From: a virus
Direction: 5' to 3' (one strand)
Length of the DNA: 64,000 nucleotides
Virus record (IMG/VR): IMGVR_UViG_3300025073_000448
How positions within the stretch are numbered: the stretch's first letter is position 1; each line of letters begins with the position of its first letter. Shown piece by piece: positions 49,001 to 57,821 of this stretch. The translations under genes were made by a program, and so were the position numbers. Below the pieces are notes generated by a model, which was not told the origin of the DNA, did no database searches, and saw only the letters and a program-made list of their open reading frames with translations.

Positions 49001-49123
49001 ATCTCTGCCGTAGCCGGGGCCGCTACTGTTTCAACCGGAGACACAATCAAGGCTTCGTGCGTCACGGAAGCAGGCACCGGAACCAAAGGCGGAGCCGTGA
49101 CTCTCGGATTCAGATCACCTTAA
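46010..49123 (+). CDS. Second tailspike with pectate-lyase-like beta-helix and predicted signal peptide
   Basis: RPEWWGA...NQNAIFCA, KIKFRAGNYVV, IIFEGE, beta-helix repeats; N-terminus ...LSFVLVAAFLLPSFCLA. Confidence 0.75.
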   Translation: MMTMKMKSSTPRILSFVLVAAFLLPSFCLAQTSTTAGPGRITPNTTIVRTLGELTAATTDANYGILAGKSFTLTDSMEIPVTKVFSQAPGAIIDTNGLLLTIYNDGEHPPNQQRFATGSEVSFPDGSTVYSGWFVSLVEAVDALGLSPNVKLVQSEAETLGGPVVIPSGMTFTVLPGAILTTSAANTLTFASGSVLEDNGGQMFSSLPGEVLMPYALEVRPEWWGAITTYDTTTYTHAAANQNAIFCAYKALSNTTGATLIGASKIKFRAGNYVVDDGFDLTDASLSGGWKTIIFEGEAWRTTFITLHNDSATYLFKDDDTGNEGRSYEFRNFQFKNTIAYVAGVSWHPATAIQLKHCLNSKFENLYFREFTEGMNLDANVDGAVVHSSIFNQVINCRAVYCKRGFTLGNNSNNWVISDSNAYGCYYTATPLEGWGFSLYKSKGVSFLGANVEGGGASPGFLITASSGVTISGGDIENYTNGRSIIVMGDSVGNLEDIRDWSTGIVVSGVKFWNALGVEVRDGVSGLTMTGNGWTNSYPASGSAPGALNAFRIVSTASPKYIRGIEYDDSNAWPHGIAPTAHTTVGMNHAVRYNGQSWKSAANAPNTAYGTWTQGSRVMWTVNPAFYWVVKESGTLGTLNAGWTTATGTNGATSLVLDDATDAFPGMVVDLTMDDASTHTATIGTCNYDTLACSVYPALDANITAGAVAYHAPVFVLEGEDNTSQSLAYATPRSIDLSLGGVVQVDELTGNIELSNPTNGLVGTRFIVVLYADATPRTITYGTAYRVGAPSSIAASQYLALEFMQAATGAGGIRFMGVPLGYTNLTDFDNQTAWRVFYSNGSGDTTELALGVDGTYLRSNGAAVAPTFDTPASLSAASVNDVNTGTSTTTAVTPDALAGSNIGTRMVHLLVTADDAALAVGDTSGMFRVPAEMNGMVLVSDAVQVGTVSSVNNPTFKVEKFRLSAAATRDAAVQMLSTNLTIDATEYDSKDAATPAVISAVAGAATVSTGDTIKASCVTEAGTGTKGGAVTLGFRSP

Positions 49124-49132
49124 GGAGAGACG

Positions 49133-50512
49133 ATGACCGGATTCTTGATTACATTCATTGGAATAGTTCTTTGGGTGTTATTTCAATCCACCAAGCGCAA
49201 TTACAATATGGTGAGCACGATTTGCGGAATCGTATTTTGGGTGCTGCTTATTGCTTTTCTGCCGGTTCACGCTACTGACGTGGTGAGCGAATTCGCCGAG
49301 ACCGAGAATCTTGGAGGCGGACTCCGCAAGATGACGATCCACTCCGCCCCGATAGGCTACGAGGAAGCCGGAAAGTGGAACCGAATCGAGACGGACTGGA
49401 CAGACTCTGGCGACGGCTCCCGACCCCACGCCATTACGAAGTCAAGGCTCATGACGACCGTTGGCGATGACGGAATGCGGAGGATTCATCCTACTCGGGA
49501 GTCCGGCAAATACATCGAGATTGGGTGTCCCTATGTGAAGCCAGCCGCGAATTGGGTAAAGGTCCCGTGGTCCGGAGCACAGCGAAGCGCAAACAGGATC
49601 ACTTGGACCCGCCCCGAAGCCGATATGAGCATTGTTCACGCCGGCCACTATCTCAAGCTCGACATTGAGTTGAAAGGGGGCTACGTGCCCCCAGGTGGGA
49701 AGTTCGCCTTCCCGGTTGGTATCCAGGGGCTCACCCGTTCGGGGAACCAGATCCTCGATGGCGAGAAAGTCGTCATGGTGCTCAGGAAGCCCGTGGCCTA
49801 TGACGCTGCCAATCCAACGGACGTGAGGGATATAAGCTCTCAATTCGTGGGCGTGAATGGGCAGACGTACATCCTGTTCACGCTTCCCGATTTGACGGGG
49901 ATGTCGATGCCGGTAGTAGATCCTACGTTGACGTTGCAACCGGACGGGGCGGCGGGAGAGGACACGTATCTAAGGAGTGATTCAGCCACATCCAACTACA
50001 GCACATTGACCACTCTAAGGGCCGGAGAATCTAATGCGGTGGCGTCCGTAAATAGGGCACTTCTACGGTTCAGTGCTACATCGCTTCCTGGTAGTATTAG
50101 GATAACGTCTGTTGGTTTAAGTTTAAATGTTCTGGAAGACATTTCTTCTAATGCACGAACTATGAGAGTTTTCCGTCTGCTCCGCTTATGGGTCGAATCG
50201 GAAGCCACTTGGAACATCTGGAAAACTGCCAATAATTGGTCTACTGCTGGCGGGTTTCATGCTAACGACTGTGAGCAAACCGATATTGGGAGCGTCGCAT
50301 TGTCGGCCACCGAAGGGGTGGGGTCGTGGATCACAATTCCGTTGTCAATCAACAGTAGAGTTGATCTAGGGCTTATCAATGGGCTAATGTTAAAAATGGA
50401 TACAGAAAACGACGACATGTATGGCTTCTGCTCTTCCGATCACGCCACCGCCGAGAATCGCCCCAAACTGGAGATCACATACCGATTCTTGAACCCGGTC
50501 ATTATGTTCTAA
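49133..50512 (+). CDS. DNRLRE-domain (carbohydrate-binding-like) protein with TM/signal segments
   Basis: LQPDGAAGEDTYL...NY...RALLRF...ENRPKLEITY. Confidence 0.75.
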   Translation: MTGFLITFIGIVLWVLFQSTKRNYNMVSTICGIVFWVLLIAFLPVHATDVVSEFAETENLGGGLRKMTIHSAPIGYEEAGKWNRIETDWTDSGDGSRPHAITKSRLMTTVGDDGMRRIHPTRESGKYIEIGCPYVKPAANWVKVPWSGAQRSANRITWTRPEADMSIVHAGHYLKLDIELKGGYVPPGGKFAFPVGIQGLTRSGNQILDGEKVVMVLRKPVAYDAANPTDVRDISSQFVGVNGQTYILFTLPDLTGMSMPVVDPTLTLQPDGAAGEDTYLRSDSATSNYSTLTTLRAGESNAVASVNRALLRFSATSLPGSIRITSVGLSLNVLEDISSNARTMRVFRLLRLWVESEATWNIWKTANNWSTAGGFHANDCEQTDIGSVALSATEGVGSWITIPLSINSRVDLGLINGLMLKMDTENDDMYGFCSSDHATAENRPKLEITYRFLNPVIMF

Positions 50513-50525
50513 GGAAGGATACCGA

Positions 50526-51242
50526 ATGCCAATTATCAGCTATTCATGGCCGGTGACGCACTGGATGTTACCGCCTGATTGCACCGAGCTTGAGATGGAT
50601 TCCCCAGACATTATCTGCTCTCGCATCGCTCACGCGACAGCCGAGCAGAAGCAGCACTTCCGAGACCGGGGAAAAATCATCTTGCACACAGTCACAGGAT
50701 TGTCGGCCCTCCTGGCTACGGACGGCGCACTTCTGGCCGCCATGATCGACGCCACGGAGGGACATCCCGTGGACGGTCTGAGCCTGGATGAGTTCTGTTT
50801 GGGGAAGTACACTCCCGCCCAGCGCACGGCTATCAAGACGGCAATCATGGCCTACCGGGAGAGGTATCCTCACATGTTGCTACATGCCTGGGTGGGGTAT
50901 TGTCTGACGACCATGGACGGCCCGACCGTGAAATTGCTCTATAACCTGTTCGATTGGGTGAGCCCTGAACTCTATATCAAGGAGGGCGATCCCATCACCA
51001 TGCAGGTGTTTTTGAGGCGATACCGGGCGCAGGTGGACTTGTCAAGAACATTGGTAGGCTTGGCCATCCATAAAGATTACCGGATCACAGAGACAGGCTG
51101 GCTTCCTCACCTGGCCGCGCAGATCCGGCGAGTGACGGCGCTTGGGTGCGCGGGTGTGGCCATGTGGGCTCCGGTGCATTTGCGGGATAGCGGGGAGCGA
51201 AAGGCAGTGGATGCTTTACTGTCTGGCGCAGTGGATAAATAG
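50526..51242 (+). CDS. Hypothetical protein, possible glycoside-hydrolase-like barrel
   Basis: DGLSLDE, DWVSPELY, GVAMW motifs (weak). Confidence 0.45.
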   Translation: MPIISYSWPVTHWMLPPDCTELEMDSPDIICSRIAHATAEQKQHFRDRGKIILHTVTGLSALLATDGALLAAMIDATEGHPVDGLSLDEFCLGKYTPAQRTAIKTAIMAYRERYPHMLLHAWVGYCLTTMDGPTVKLLYNLFDWVSPELYIKEGDPITMQVFLRRYRAQVDLSRTLVGLAIHKDYRITETGWLPHLAAQIRRVTALGCAGVAMWAPVHLRDSGERKAVDALLSGAVDK

Positions 51243-51272
51243 AAATAGAGGAAGAGAGGGGAAGCACCTACT

Positions 51273-51869
51273 ATGGCATACAACGATTTCCGAGCATACT
51301 TTACAAGCTCAGGCGTCCCCCTAGAGGGACTGTCTCCAACAATCACCCTGCGAGATATCTCCGACGGCTCCGTAGTCGTGAACGCGGCGGCGATGACCGA
51401 GAAGGGATCGGGGTGGTACGCCTACACCTACGCCGGGTATGACCTCTCTAAGGAATACGTCGGCTATTGCTACGCCGGCACGGATGCGGCAGATGAAGCA
51501 TACAAGCCAATCGGCACCGGGGACGTAGCTCTCGCGGCTCAAACTCTACTGACGACAGCCGTGAGTGTGAGTGCGACAGCCGGGACAGTTGCCGCCAAGC
51601 TCAACCTTGCGGCGACCGGAGGAAACCTCTCCGGGTCCGGCGCTATCTCCTGGCCGTACACCATCACGAACTCTGTTTCCGGGGCTCCCATCGCAGACGT
51701 GGATGTATGGATTTCAACGGACGAGGCCGGGAACAACGTAGTCGCATCCGGAAGAACCGACCAAACCGGGACAATTACATTCAACCTGGACGCGGGAACG
51801 GTCTATGTGTGGCGGCAGAAGAGCGGGTACAACTTCGCTCCGAATCCCGATACCGAGGTTGTTTCTTAG
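51273..51869 (+). CDS. Virion structural protein with carboxypeptidase-regulatory-like repeats
   Basis: GVPLEGL.PTIT and GAPIADVDVWI...SGRTDQTG...LDAG.VYVW. Confidence 0.65.
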   Translation: MAYNDFRAYFTSSGVPLEGLSPTITLRDISDGSVVVNAAAMTEKGSGWYAYTYAGYDLSKEYVGYCYAGTDAADEAYKPIGTGDVALAAQTLLTTAVSVSATAGTVAAKLNLAATGGNLSGSGAISWPYTITNSVSGAPIADVDVWISTDEAGNNVVASGRTDQTGTITFNLDAGTVYVWRQKSGYNFAPNPDTEVVS

Positions 51870-51912
51870 AATGGGAGGATGTGAACCAGTGCAGATGGAG
51901 GATAGTATATAA

Positions 51913-52590
51913 ATGGGCGGAACAGGGTCGGGAACATCAGTAACTCCGATAGGGTCGGTATCCTTCGATCTCTTCCTTCCGGAAGTCTTGCCGCACGTCC
52001 CTGGGTGTCCGGTGGTTATAGCTCTAAATGCCATAAGGAACGCATGTCGTGAGTTTTGCCGCATGTCAACGATATGGCGTGACTGGCTCGGCCCCCTCAC
52101 CTCGGTCGTGGATCAGCCGACGTACACGCTTCTCGTGGATGCCGGAACGGAGGTCGTGGTTCCAACGAAGGTAAGGTATGACGGGAACGACATAGATGCC
52201 GCGGCTAGAGAGGTCCTCGATCATCTCCTTCCGAACTGGGAATCAGCGGAGAGCGGGACACCCACGCAATACCTTGTCGAGACTCAAGGAACCATCAGGC
52301 TTTATGTTCCTCCCGACGAAGCGACGGCAGACATTATCGAGGTTGAGGCCGCACTCAAGCCGTCGGCTGTTGCCACGGCGGTTGGAGACGTCGTTTACAA
52401 TGACTGGCTAGAAACCATCGCAGCAGGAGCCATCTCACGCCTCATGAAAATCCCAAAGGCAGACTGGAGCGACATCAAGCTTGCCGTGTACTACGAAACG
52501 ATCTTTCAAGACGGGGTAGCCATGGCGAGACATACCGTCGATGTGGGCCATGTCAAGCGATCCAGGCAGGCCAAGATGATGCGGTGGTAA
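51913..52590 (+). CDS. Tail adaptor / tubular protein A-like
   Basis: FLPEVLPHVPGCP...AIRNACREFC, LKPS, IAAGAISRLM.IP..DWS. Confidence 0.75.
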   Translation: MGGTGSGTSVTPIGSVSFDLFLPEVLPHVPGCPVVIALNAIRNACREFCRMSTIWRDWLGPLTSVVDQPTYTLLVDAGTEVVVPTKVRYDGNDIDAAAREVLDHLLPNWESAESGTPTQYLVETQGTIRLYVPPDEATADIIEVEAALKPSAVATAVGDVVYNDWLETIAAGAISRLMKIPKADWSDIKLAVYYETIFQDGVAMARHTVDVGHVKRSRQAKMMRW

Positions 52591-52679
52591 CGAAAACCAT
52601 GATCCATCATTTTTAATTTCACCATCAACACCATCACCACAACCACTACTGCCCCTCCCTTCAAAGCAAAGGACATCCA

Positions 52680-53240
52680 ATGCCAAAGACACGATTCAAA
52701 AACTTTGCGGTATCCACCCTTCTGAACGCCATAACGAGATCGGCGGCAAGCCTTCAATGCCAGTCCGGGGATGCGAATAAGTTCTATGCCATAGGTTCGG
52801 GCGAGATTATGTGGATCACCCTGGAAGACGAGGACGGAAACAGGGAGATCATGAAATGCACCGCAAGGACGAGCAACACCTTTACGGTTTCCAGGGGCCA
52901 GCAAGGCACGGAAGCCAGGGCATGGGCAGCCGGCGTGTTGATCGAGGGCAGGCTCACGGCTTCCGACCTCGACACGATTCCGCAGGGCCTTGAGGTGGAA
53001 ACGAAGCCTTGGACGCCTGGTGCCATTGCAAGCGGTGCGGAGCTCGGGGTCGATGTCCCGGTAGCAGAGGCAGAGCTTGGTGATTTCGTGATCGCATCGG
53101 CAAGCGTCGATCTTCAGGGCATGAAGCCGAGCTGCTACATAGAATCGGCCAATATCGCTCATTACATCCTTCGAAACGACACCGGGGCGCCCATTACCCT
53201 TGGGACATTCACCATCTATGTTCGGGTGATCAAGAAGTAG
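52680..53240 (+). CDS. Short tail-fibre-like protein
   Basis: FKNFAVSTL..AI, EIMKCTAR..NTFTVSRGQQGT.ARAW.AG. Confidence 0.7.
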   Translation: MPKTRFKNFAVSTLLNAITRSAASLQCQSGDANKFYAIGSGEIMWITLEDEDGNREIMKCTARTSNTFTVSRGQQGTEARAWAAGVLIEGRLTASDLDTIPQGLEVETKPWTPGAIASGAELGVDVPVAEAELGDFVIASASVDLQGMKPSCYIESANIAHYILRNDTGAPITLGTFTIYVRVIKK

Positions 53241-53280
53241 CTCGAGGCAAGAGGTAGTTCAGCGCAATAAATCCTTGATC

Positions 53281-53324
53281 GATCAATTCTTGACTGGATC
53301 AATTCTTGACTGGATCAATTCTTG
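53281..53324 (+). repeat. 16-bp tandem repeat x2.75
   Basis: GATCAATTCTTGACTG at 53281 and 53297, partial copy at 53313. Confidence 0.9.
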
Positions 53325-53346
53325 GAAGGAAGGAGCACCCACCTTC

Positions 53347-55785
53347 ATGGCAACTCTCGTGTTCAAGGGATTCTCGGGCGAGGTCCCGCGCCTCTCCCCG
53401 AAAGACCTTGCCAACAATCAGGCGACCTACGCGAAGAACTGCAAGCTTTACTCCGGGAAGATCATGCCGCTCCGGAGCTATGTCGATATCCTGAACCTTG
53501 GCGCCCTTGCTTCTCCCCCGCTCTCCATTTACAAATTCGGCTCCATTCCGTACTGGCTCTACTGGACATCCGACGTGAACGTAGTGAAGAGCCCGTTAGC
53601 CGATGTGGACGACAGAACCTACGTCACCGGGATGGATGTTCCCCGCGTTTTCGATTCCACCATGATCACGGGGCACACCGCGGCATCAACAAGCCTCACA
53701 TCCTACCGGCTTGGAGTTCCGCGCCCGGACAAGGCCCCCATCATCGAGCGGGAGATGCTCTACAAGATAGACAAGAATTCCGTCAAGGGCGGGATTGGCA
53801 TGTCGGCCGTCGGATATCACGCCATATGCCTTGGAGGAGAGCCCGAGAAAATAGAGCGCGTCACCGATGAGCAGCAATCCATCGCCTACGTCTACACCAA
53901 CGTCAACAGTTGGGGCGAGGAAGGGGCGGAATCCCCTCCTTCAAGGATAATCGATCATTGGGCCGGAACGGACAGAAAAGAAAGCCTGAATGCCACCACG
54001 GGGTTATGGGCGGTCGCCGCCGGCGGTACTGATGAGTGGCGGTTTGTCGGGTCTCTCGATCTCATTCCATCATCCGTTTCCGTGAAGGGGGCGGCTTATC
54101 TTCGAAATGGAGTCGCCGGCGAGCTTCGTGTCGGCGAGTGGGCATGGACCGGGACCTCCATCATTATCCGCCTGGCTGAGTCCGACCCGGACCCCAACAA
54201 CCTGGAAGACGACGACATCGAAGCCGGGTGGCAGCGGTATGTTGACGTTTCGGGGTTCGTTGACACCTACGAGAATGATGCCGGGGAATCCGTTGCGCTG
54301 AGCGCCGAGCATCACATAACGAAGCGAAGGATCTACCGGGTAAACACGGGATCATCGGCGGCGGCCTATCAGTTTGTTGATGAAATCGACGTCGCTGACA
54401 CCACATACAGGGACGTGATTTTGTCGGCCGACCTCGGGGAGGTCCTCGCCACGTCCACTTACCTTCCTCCGCCCGAAGACTTGATAGGCATCATCCCCCT
54501 TCCAGGCGGAGGCATGGCCGGATTCAGGCAGGGAGAAAACTCGAACGAGCTGTGTCTGTGCGTTCCGTACAAGTGCTATGCCTGGCCGTCCGGATACCGG
54601 GAGACGGTCAATTCATCCATTATCGCAATCGGGTCATCGGGAAATACCATCGTGATCGGAACCGACAAGGAGACCCTGCTCTACACCGGTCTCGATCCTG
54701 CATCCATGGCTTTTGATGACAACTCCATTCAGAAGCCGTGCCTTTCGAAGCGCGGGATGGTGACAACGGAAAGCGGGGTATTTTTCCCCACGGTCGATGG
54801 GGTTCTGGTGGTGGGGCCCGGGGGAGCAAGGGTTGCAACGAACGATATTTTCAGAGAGCGCGAGTGGCGCATGATGCAGCCCGAGACCATGCTCTCGTTC
54901 TTTTTGAATCAGAACTATGTGGCATACCATGATTATGATTTCGATCTGAATTTCATGGCAGACCAGGAAGCCAGGCGCGCGGATAATGTTGAGATCTATT
55001 TTGGTGAAGGGGAGATCGTCGGCTCGATTGGAAGCCACGGGATAGGGATGCGCGCCATCGGGTCGAGCCTGATAAAATCCGTGTATATTGACATGATACA
55101 GAGCGGGACCGGCGGGCTTGGCAGCGGAGACAGCGGAGACAGCGGGGAAGGTTTCCTTATTGGAGGTGGAATCTCTGAGGGAACGCTCATTCGTCTCGAT
55201 CATTCCCTTGCAGGATACTTGAGCCATGAAGAAGGTCTTCTTTACGTGGTTCAGAAGATCTCGGGGAATTATGTGATCCGGAAGCTCGACGGCCACGAGA
55301 CGCAAAACATGCTCTGCACCTGGACGAGCAAGGTCCATGAATTTCCGGGGCTCGTAAACTTCGGGGCCGCGAAGGTGGTTGCCGACTACGGAGATCCGGT
55401 TCCGGCGGCGAAGCGGGCCGCTTATGATGCGTACCGGGATGCCGTTATCGCCGCGAATGAGGCGCTCATGGATAGCGATGAGGGGGTGGGCGGGTCCATA
55501 GACGCTTTTGATATGAATGATGTGGCCGTGAACGACGATAAACTGAAAGATGTTCCGGTCGAGATGGCCGATGACCCAACGTTGCTTTTCAGGCTGTTTG
55601 TGGCAGATCGCGGTGGGAGTGTGCTCAAGCTCAAGTATCAGAAAATGGTTTCAGCGAACACGCCCTTCCGTCTTCCCGGAAAGTACCGGGGGAGGAAAGG
55701 GAAGATCAGCATTGTAAGCGATATCGATGTCGAGGAGGTGCGGCTTGCCACCAGCATTGAAGAGCTTGTTCATGTTGGAGGGTAG
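53347..55785 (+). CDS. Tail nozzle / tubular protein B-like
   Basis: FKGFSGEVPRL...AKNCKLYSG, YVYTNVNSWGEEG..SPPS, RRIYR, PYAWP-like, CLSKRGMV. Confidence 0.8.
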   Translation: MATLVFKGFSGEVPRLSPKDLANNQATYAKNCKLYSGKIMPLRSYVDILNLGALASPPLSIYKFGSIPYWLYWTSDVNVVKSPLADVDDRTYVTGMDVPRVFDSTMITGHTAASTSLTSYRLGVPRPDKAPIIEREMLYKIDKNSVKGGIGMSAVGYHAICLGGEPEKIERVTDEQQSIAYVYTNVNSWGEEGAESPPSRIIDHWAGTDRKESLNATTGLWAVAAGGTDEWRFVGSLDLIPSSVSVKGAAYLRNGVAGELRVGEWAWTGTSIIIRLAESDPDPNNLEDDDIEAGWQRYVDVSGFVDTYENDAGESVALSAEHHITKRRIYRVNTGSSAAAYQFVDEIDVADTTYRDVILSADLGEVLATSTYLPPPEDLIGIIPLPGGGMAGFRQGENSNELCLCVPYKCYAWPSGYRETVNSSIIAIGSSGNTIVIGTDKETLLYTGLDPASMAFDDNSIQKPCLSKRGMVTTESGVFFPTVDGVLVVGPGGARVATNDIFREREWRMMQPETMLSFFLNQNYVAYHDYDFDLNFMADQEARRADNVEIYFGEGEIVGSIGSHGIGMRAIGSSLIKSVYIDMIQSGTGGLGSGDSGDSGEGFLIGGGISEGTLIRLDHSLAGYLSHEEGLLYVVQKISGNYVIRKLDGHETQNMLCTWTSKVHEFPGLVNFGAAKVVADYGDPVPAAKRAAYDAYRDAVIAANEALMDSDEGVGGSIDAFDMNDVAVNDDKLKDVPVEMADDPTLLFRLFVADRGGSVLKLKYQKMVSANTPFRLPGKYRGRKGKISIVSDIDVEEVRLATSIEELVHVGG

Positions 55786-55825
55786 GGGGGGGGTCGGAGG
55801 GTAGGAAATCGGAAAGTAGGAAATC

Positions 55826-56773
55826 ATGGCAAAAATCACCAAGATAAAATCAATCGGGAACATCCCGCTCAACATAGATCCAGACGTTCGCCGCATCCTC
55901 ACGGCCTTGAAGGAGAGGGCCGAGATCCTGTTTGGAGATCGCGCCTCCGATTCCGGTGAAAAGTACCAGAGCTATGCCGAGTTTGTTGAATCGCTTGAAT
56001 CCGTCAACCAGGCGCTGTCCGGAAAAGCTGAAACCGATCACGGCCACGAAGAAACGTATTACACCAAGGAATCCACGGACAAGAGATTGTCCGAGATGAG
56101 GATCTTGGATTTAGAGGATGTTGGGTTTGAAACCGGGACCGAGAACGCCGGCAAAATCCTCTTTGTAAGCAGGGAAAGCGGGGCCGTTGACGTGATCCCA
56201 GGGGTGATGATTGGCGAGGAAGGAAACGTGGAGCTCTCCGATGGCGCCGTTTCCTTCGAGGACATTTCCGTGTCCGGCCTTTCTCTTTCCGATCCGATAG
56301 CTCCTGCGGTAGGGCCAGGGCTCATTCCGGTGTTCGCGGCTGGGAATTGCATAGGGGTCGGCTTCGACGGGGCCGGCGCGCTCGAGGAGAAGCACGGAGA
56401 AATCCTCCTTCCAGGAAAATACTTGGAAGGGTCGGACGTCGTCCCGTTCGTTTCCTGGATGCCCGCGGTTGCCGGGGCCGGGGATGTTAAATGGCAGCTC
56501 GAGTATTCCTGGCAGAATGACGGAGAGGCTTTCGCGGCTCCGACGACCGTTGATGTCGTTTCAACATCATCAGGAACAGCATGGCAGCCAGAGCGGGCCG
56601 CATTCGCCGCTGTTTCCGGGAGCGGCATGCTGGTCAGGTCCAAGATAGTTTTCAGAGTTTTCAGGGATTCCGTGGATGGTGATGACACCTATGGGAGCGA
56701 TGCCGTGCTTCTTGATGTTGGGTTTACGATTCAGGTTGACGGATTCGGGATGAAGACCGCGGACTCTAAATAA
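55826..56773 (+). CDS. Tail-associated structural protein
   Basis: ILTALKERAEIL N-terminus; beta-sandwich-like C-terminus GDVKWQLEYSW. Confidence 0.7.
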   Translation: MAKITKIKSIGNIPLNIDPDVRRILTALKERAEILFGDRASDSGEKYQSYAEFVESLESVNQALSGKAETDHGHEETYYTKESTDKRLSEMRILDLEDVGFETGTENAGKILFVSRESGAVDVIPGVMIGEEGNVELSDGAVSFEDISVSGLSLSDPIAPAVGPGLIPVFAAGNCIGVGFDGAGALEEKHGEILLPGKYLEGSDVVPFVSWMPAVAGAGDVKWQLEYSWQNDGEAFAAPTTVDVVSTSSGTAWQPERAAFAAVSGSGMLVRSKIVFRVFRDSVDGDDTYGSDAVLLDVGFTIQVDGFGMKTADSK

Positions 56774-56862
56774 AACGGAATGCCGATAAACGGAATGCCG
56801 ATAAACGGAATGCCGATAAACGGAATGCCGATAAACGGAATGCCGATAAACGGAATGCCGAT
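56773..56862 (+). repeat. Six perfect tandem copies of a 15-bp quasi-palindromic unit
   Basis: (AAACGGAATGCCGAT)6, intergenic. Confidence 0.95.
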
Positions 56863-56885
56863 AAAAAAAGAAAGGATTCCCCTTC

Positions 56886-57755
56886 ATGGCGACTACGATT
56901 CCGAATCTCCAAGCTGATTTCATGAATCGGTACACGAGCGAGGTTCCCCCAATGCCGGGGCTTATGGGCGGTCTCACCGGGCAGGGTGGTGCGGCGGGTG
57001 GCGGCGGTGGAAGGACTGGCGGGATTGGACTGGTGCAGAATCGGTCTGCTTCTCGGTGGGGAGGAGGGGGCCTCGGGAGTGGTGGTGAAGCTGGCACTGC
57101 CGGCGGCGTGGCTTCCCAAAGTCAAACCCAAATAGATCCCTTGTCCTTTAATGCCAATGTTGGCGGAGGACTTTCCGGGCCAGGCGCAACCGGAGATCTT
57201 GCCGGGGACCTTGATGCCGGGATTCCAGGACATCATAGCGCGGAAGATTATGGCGGGGTTATTGGCGACATTCATTCAGGACTTCAAAGCGCCCTTGGCT
57301 ATGGTATCAATGCGGGGCTCACTGGCGCATTATCCCAGGCCGCTGCATATTCGCAGCAGGGTCCAAAAGACAAAACGGACGTCGATAAGCCGAGCACGAT
57401 GGCTGCAATGGCTCCAATGGGCTTCGGCGTGTTCGGAGGCACCCCTCTTTCTGGGATACTTGGAATGGTCGGGACGCTTGCCGATAAGATGGGATTTGGT
57501 TTCGATCCAGCGATCTCTGGCGAGGACCTTGGTGGGTACGGGCTCGGGGATGCGTTTGGCGGCGTTGCTGGCGTTGCCGGATTGAGTGGATATGGTGGCA
57601 TTGGTGATCTAGGCGGGTACAGTTCCGCTGACTACGGAGGGACTTTCGGCGGGGGCTATAGTGCTGGAGACATGGGTGGATTCGGAGAGGGAAGCATAGG
57701 CGCTGGAAACAGCCAGGGAGCCGGTGACGAGGGTGATGGAGGATCTACTTGGTAA
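56886..57755 (+). CDS. Gly-rich putative internal virion (ejection) protein
   Basis: AAAGGA RBS; composition and position. Confidence 0.6.
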   Translation: MATTIPNLQADFMNRYTSEVPPMPGLMGGLTGQGGAAGGGGGRTGGIGLVQNRSASRWGGGGLGSGGEAGTAGGVASQSQTQIDPLSFNANVGGGLSGPGATGDLAGDLDAGIPGHHSAEDYGGVIGDIHSGLQSALGYGINAGLTGALSQAAAYSQQGPKDKTDVDKPSTMAAMAPMGFGVFGGTPLSGILGMVGTLADKMGFGFDPAISGEDLGGYGLGDAFGGVAGVAGLSGYGGIGDLGGYSSADYGGTFGGGYSAGDMGGFGEGSIGAGNSQGAGDEGDGGSTW

Positions 57756-57821
57756 GAAAGCCTTCTGGTAACAATTCTTGACCGGACTTACTCATCATTT
57801 GAATGAAAAGGGAGAAAGCTC

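Noticed and set aside
35353-49123. Diversity-generating retroelement acting on the tailspikes
   Set aside because: No reverse transcriptase and no template/variable repeat pair seen in the window
56773-56862. 15-bp array as a CRISPR array
   Set aside because: Units are contiguous and identical with no spacers
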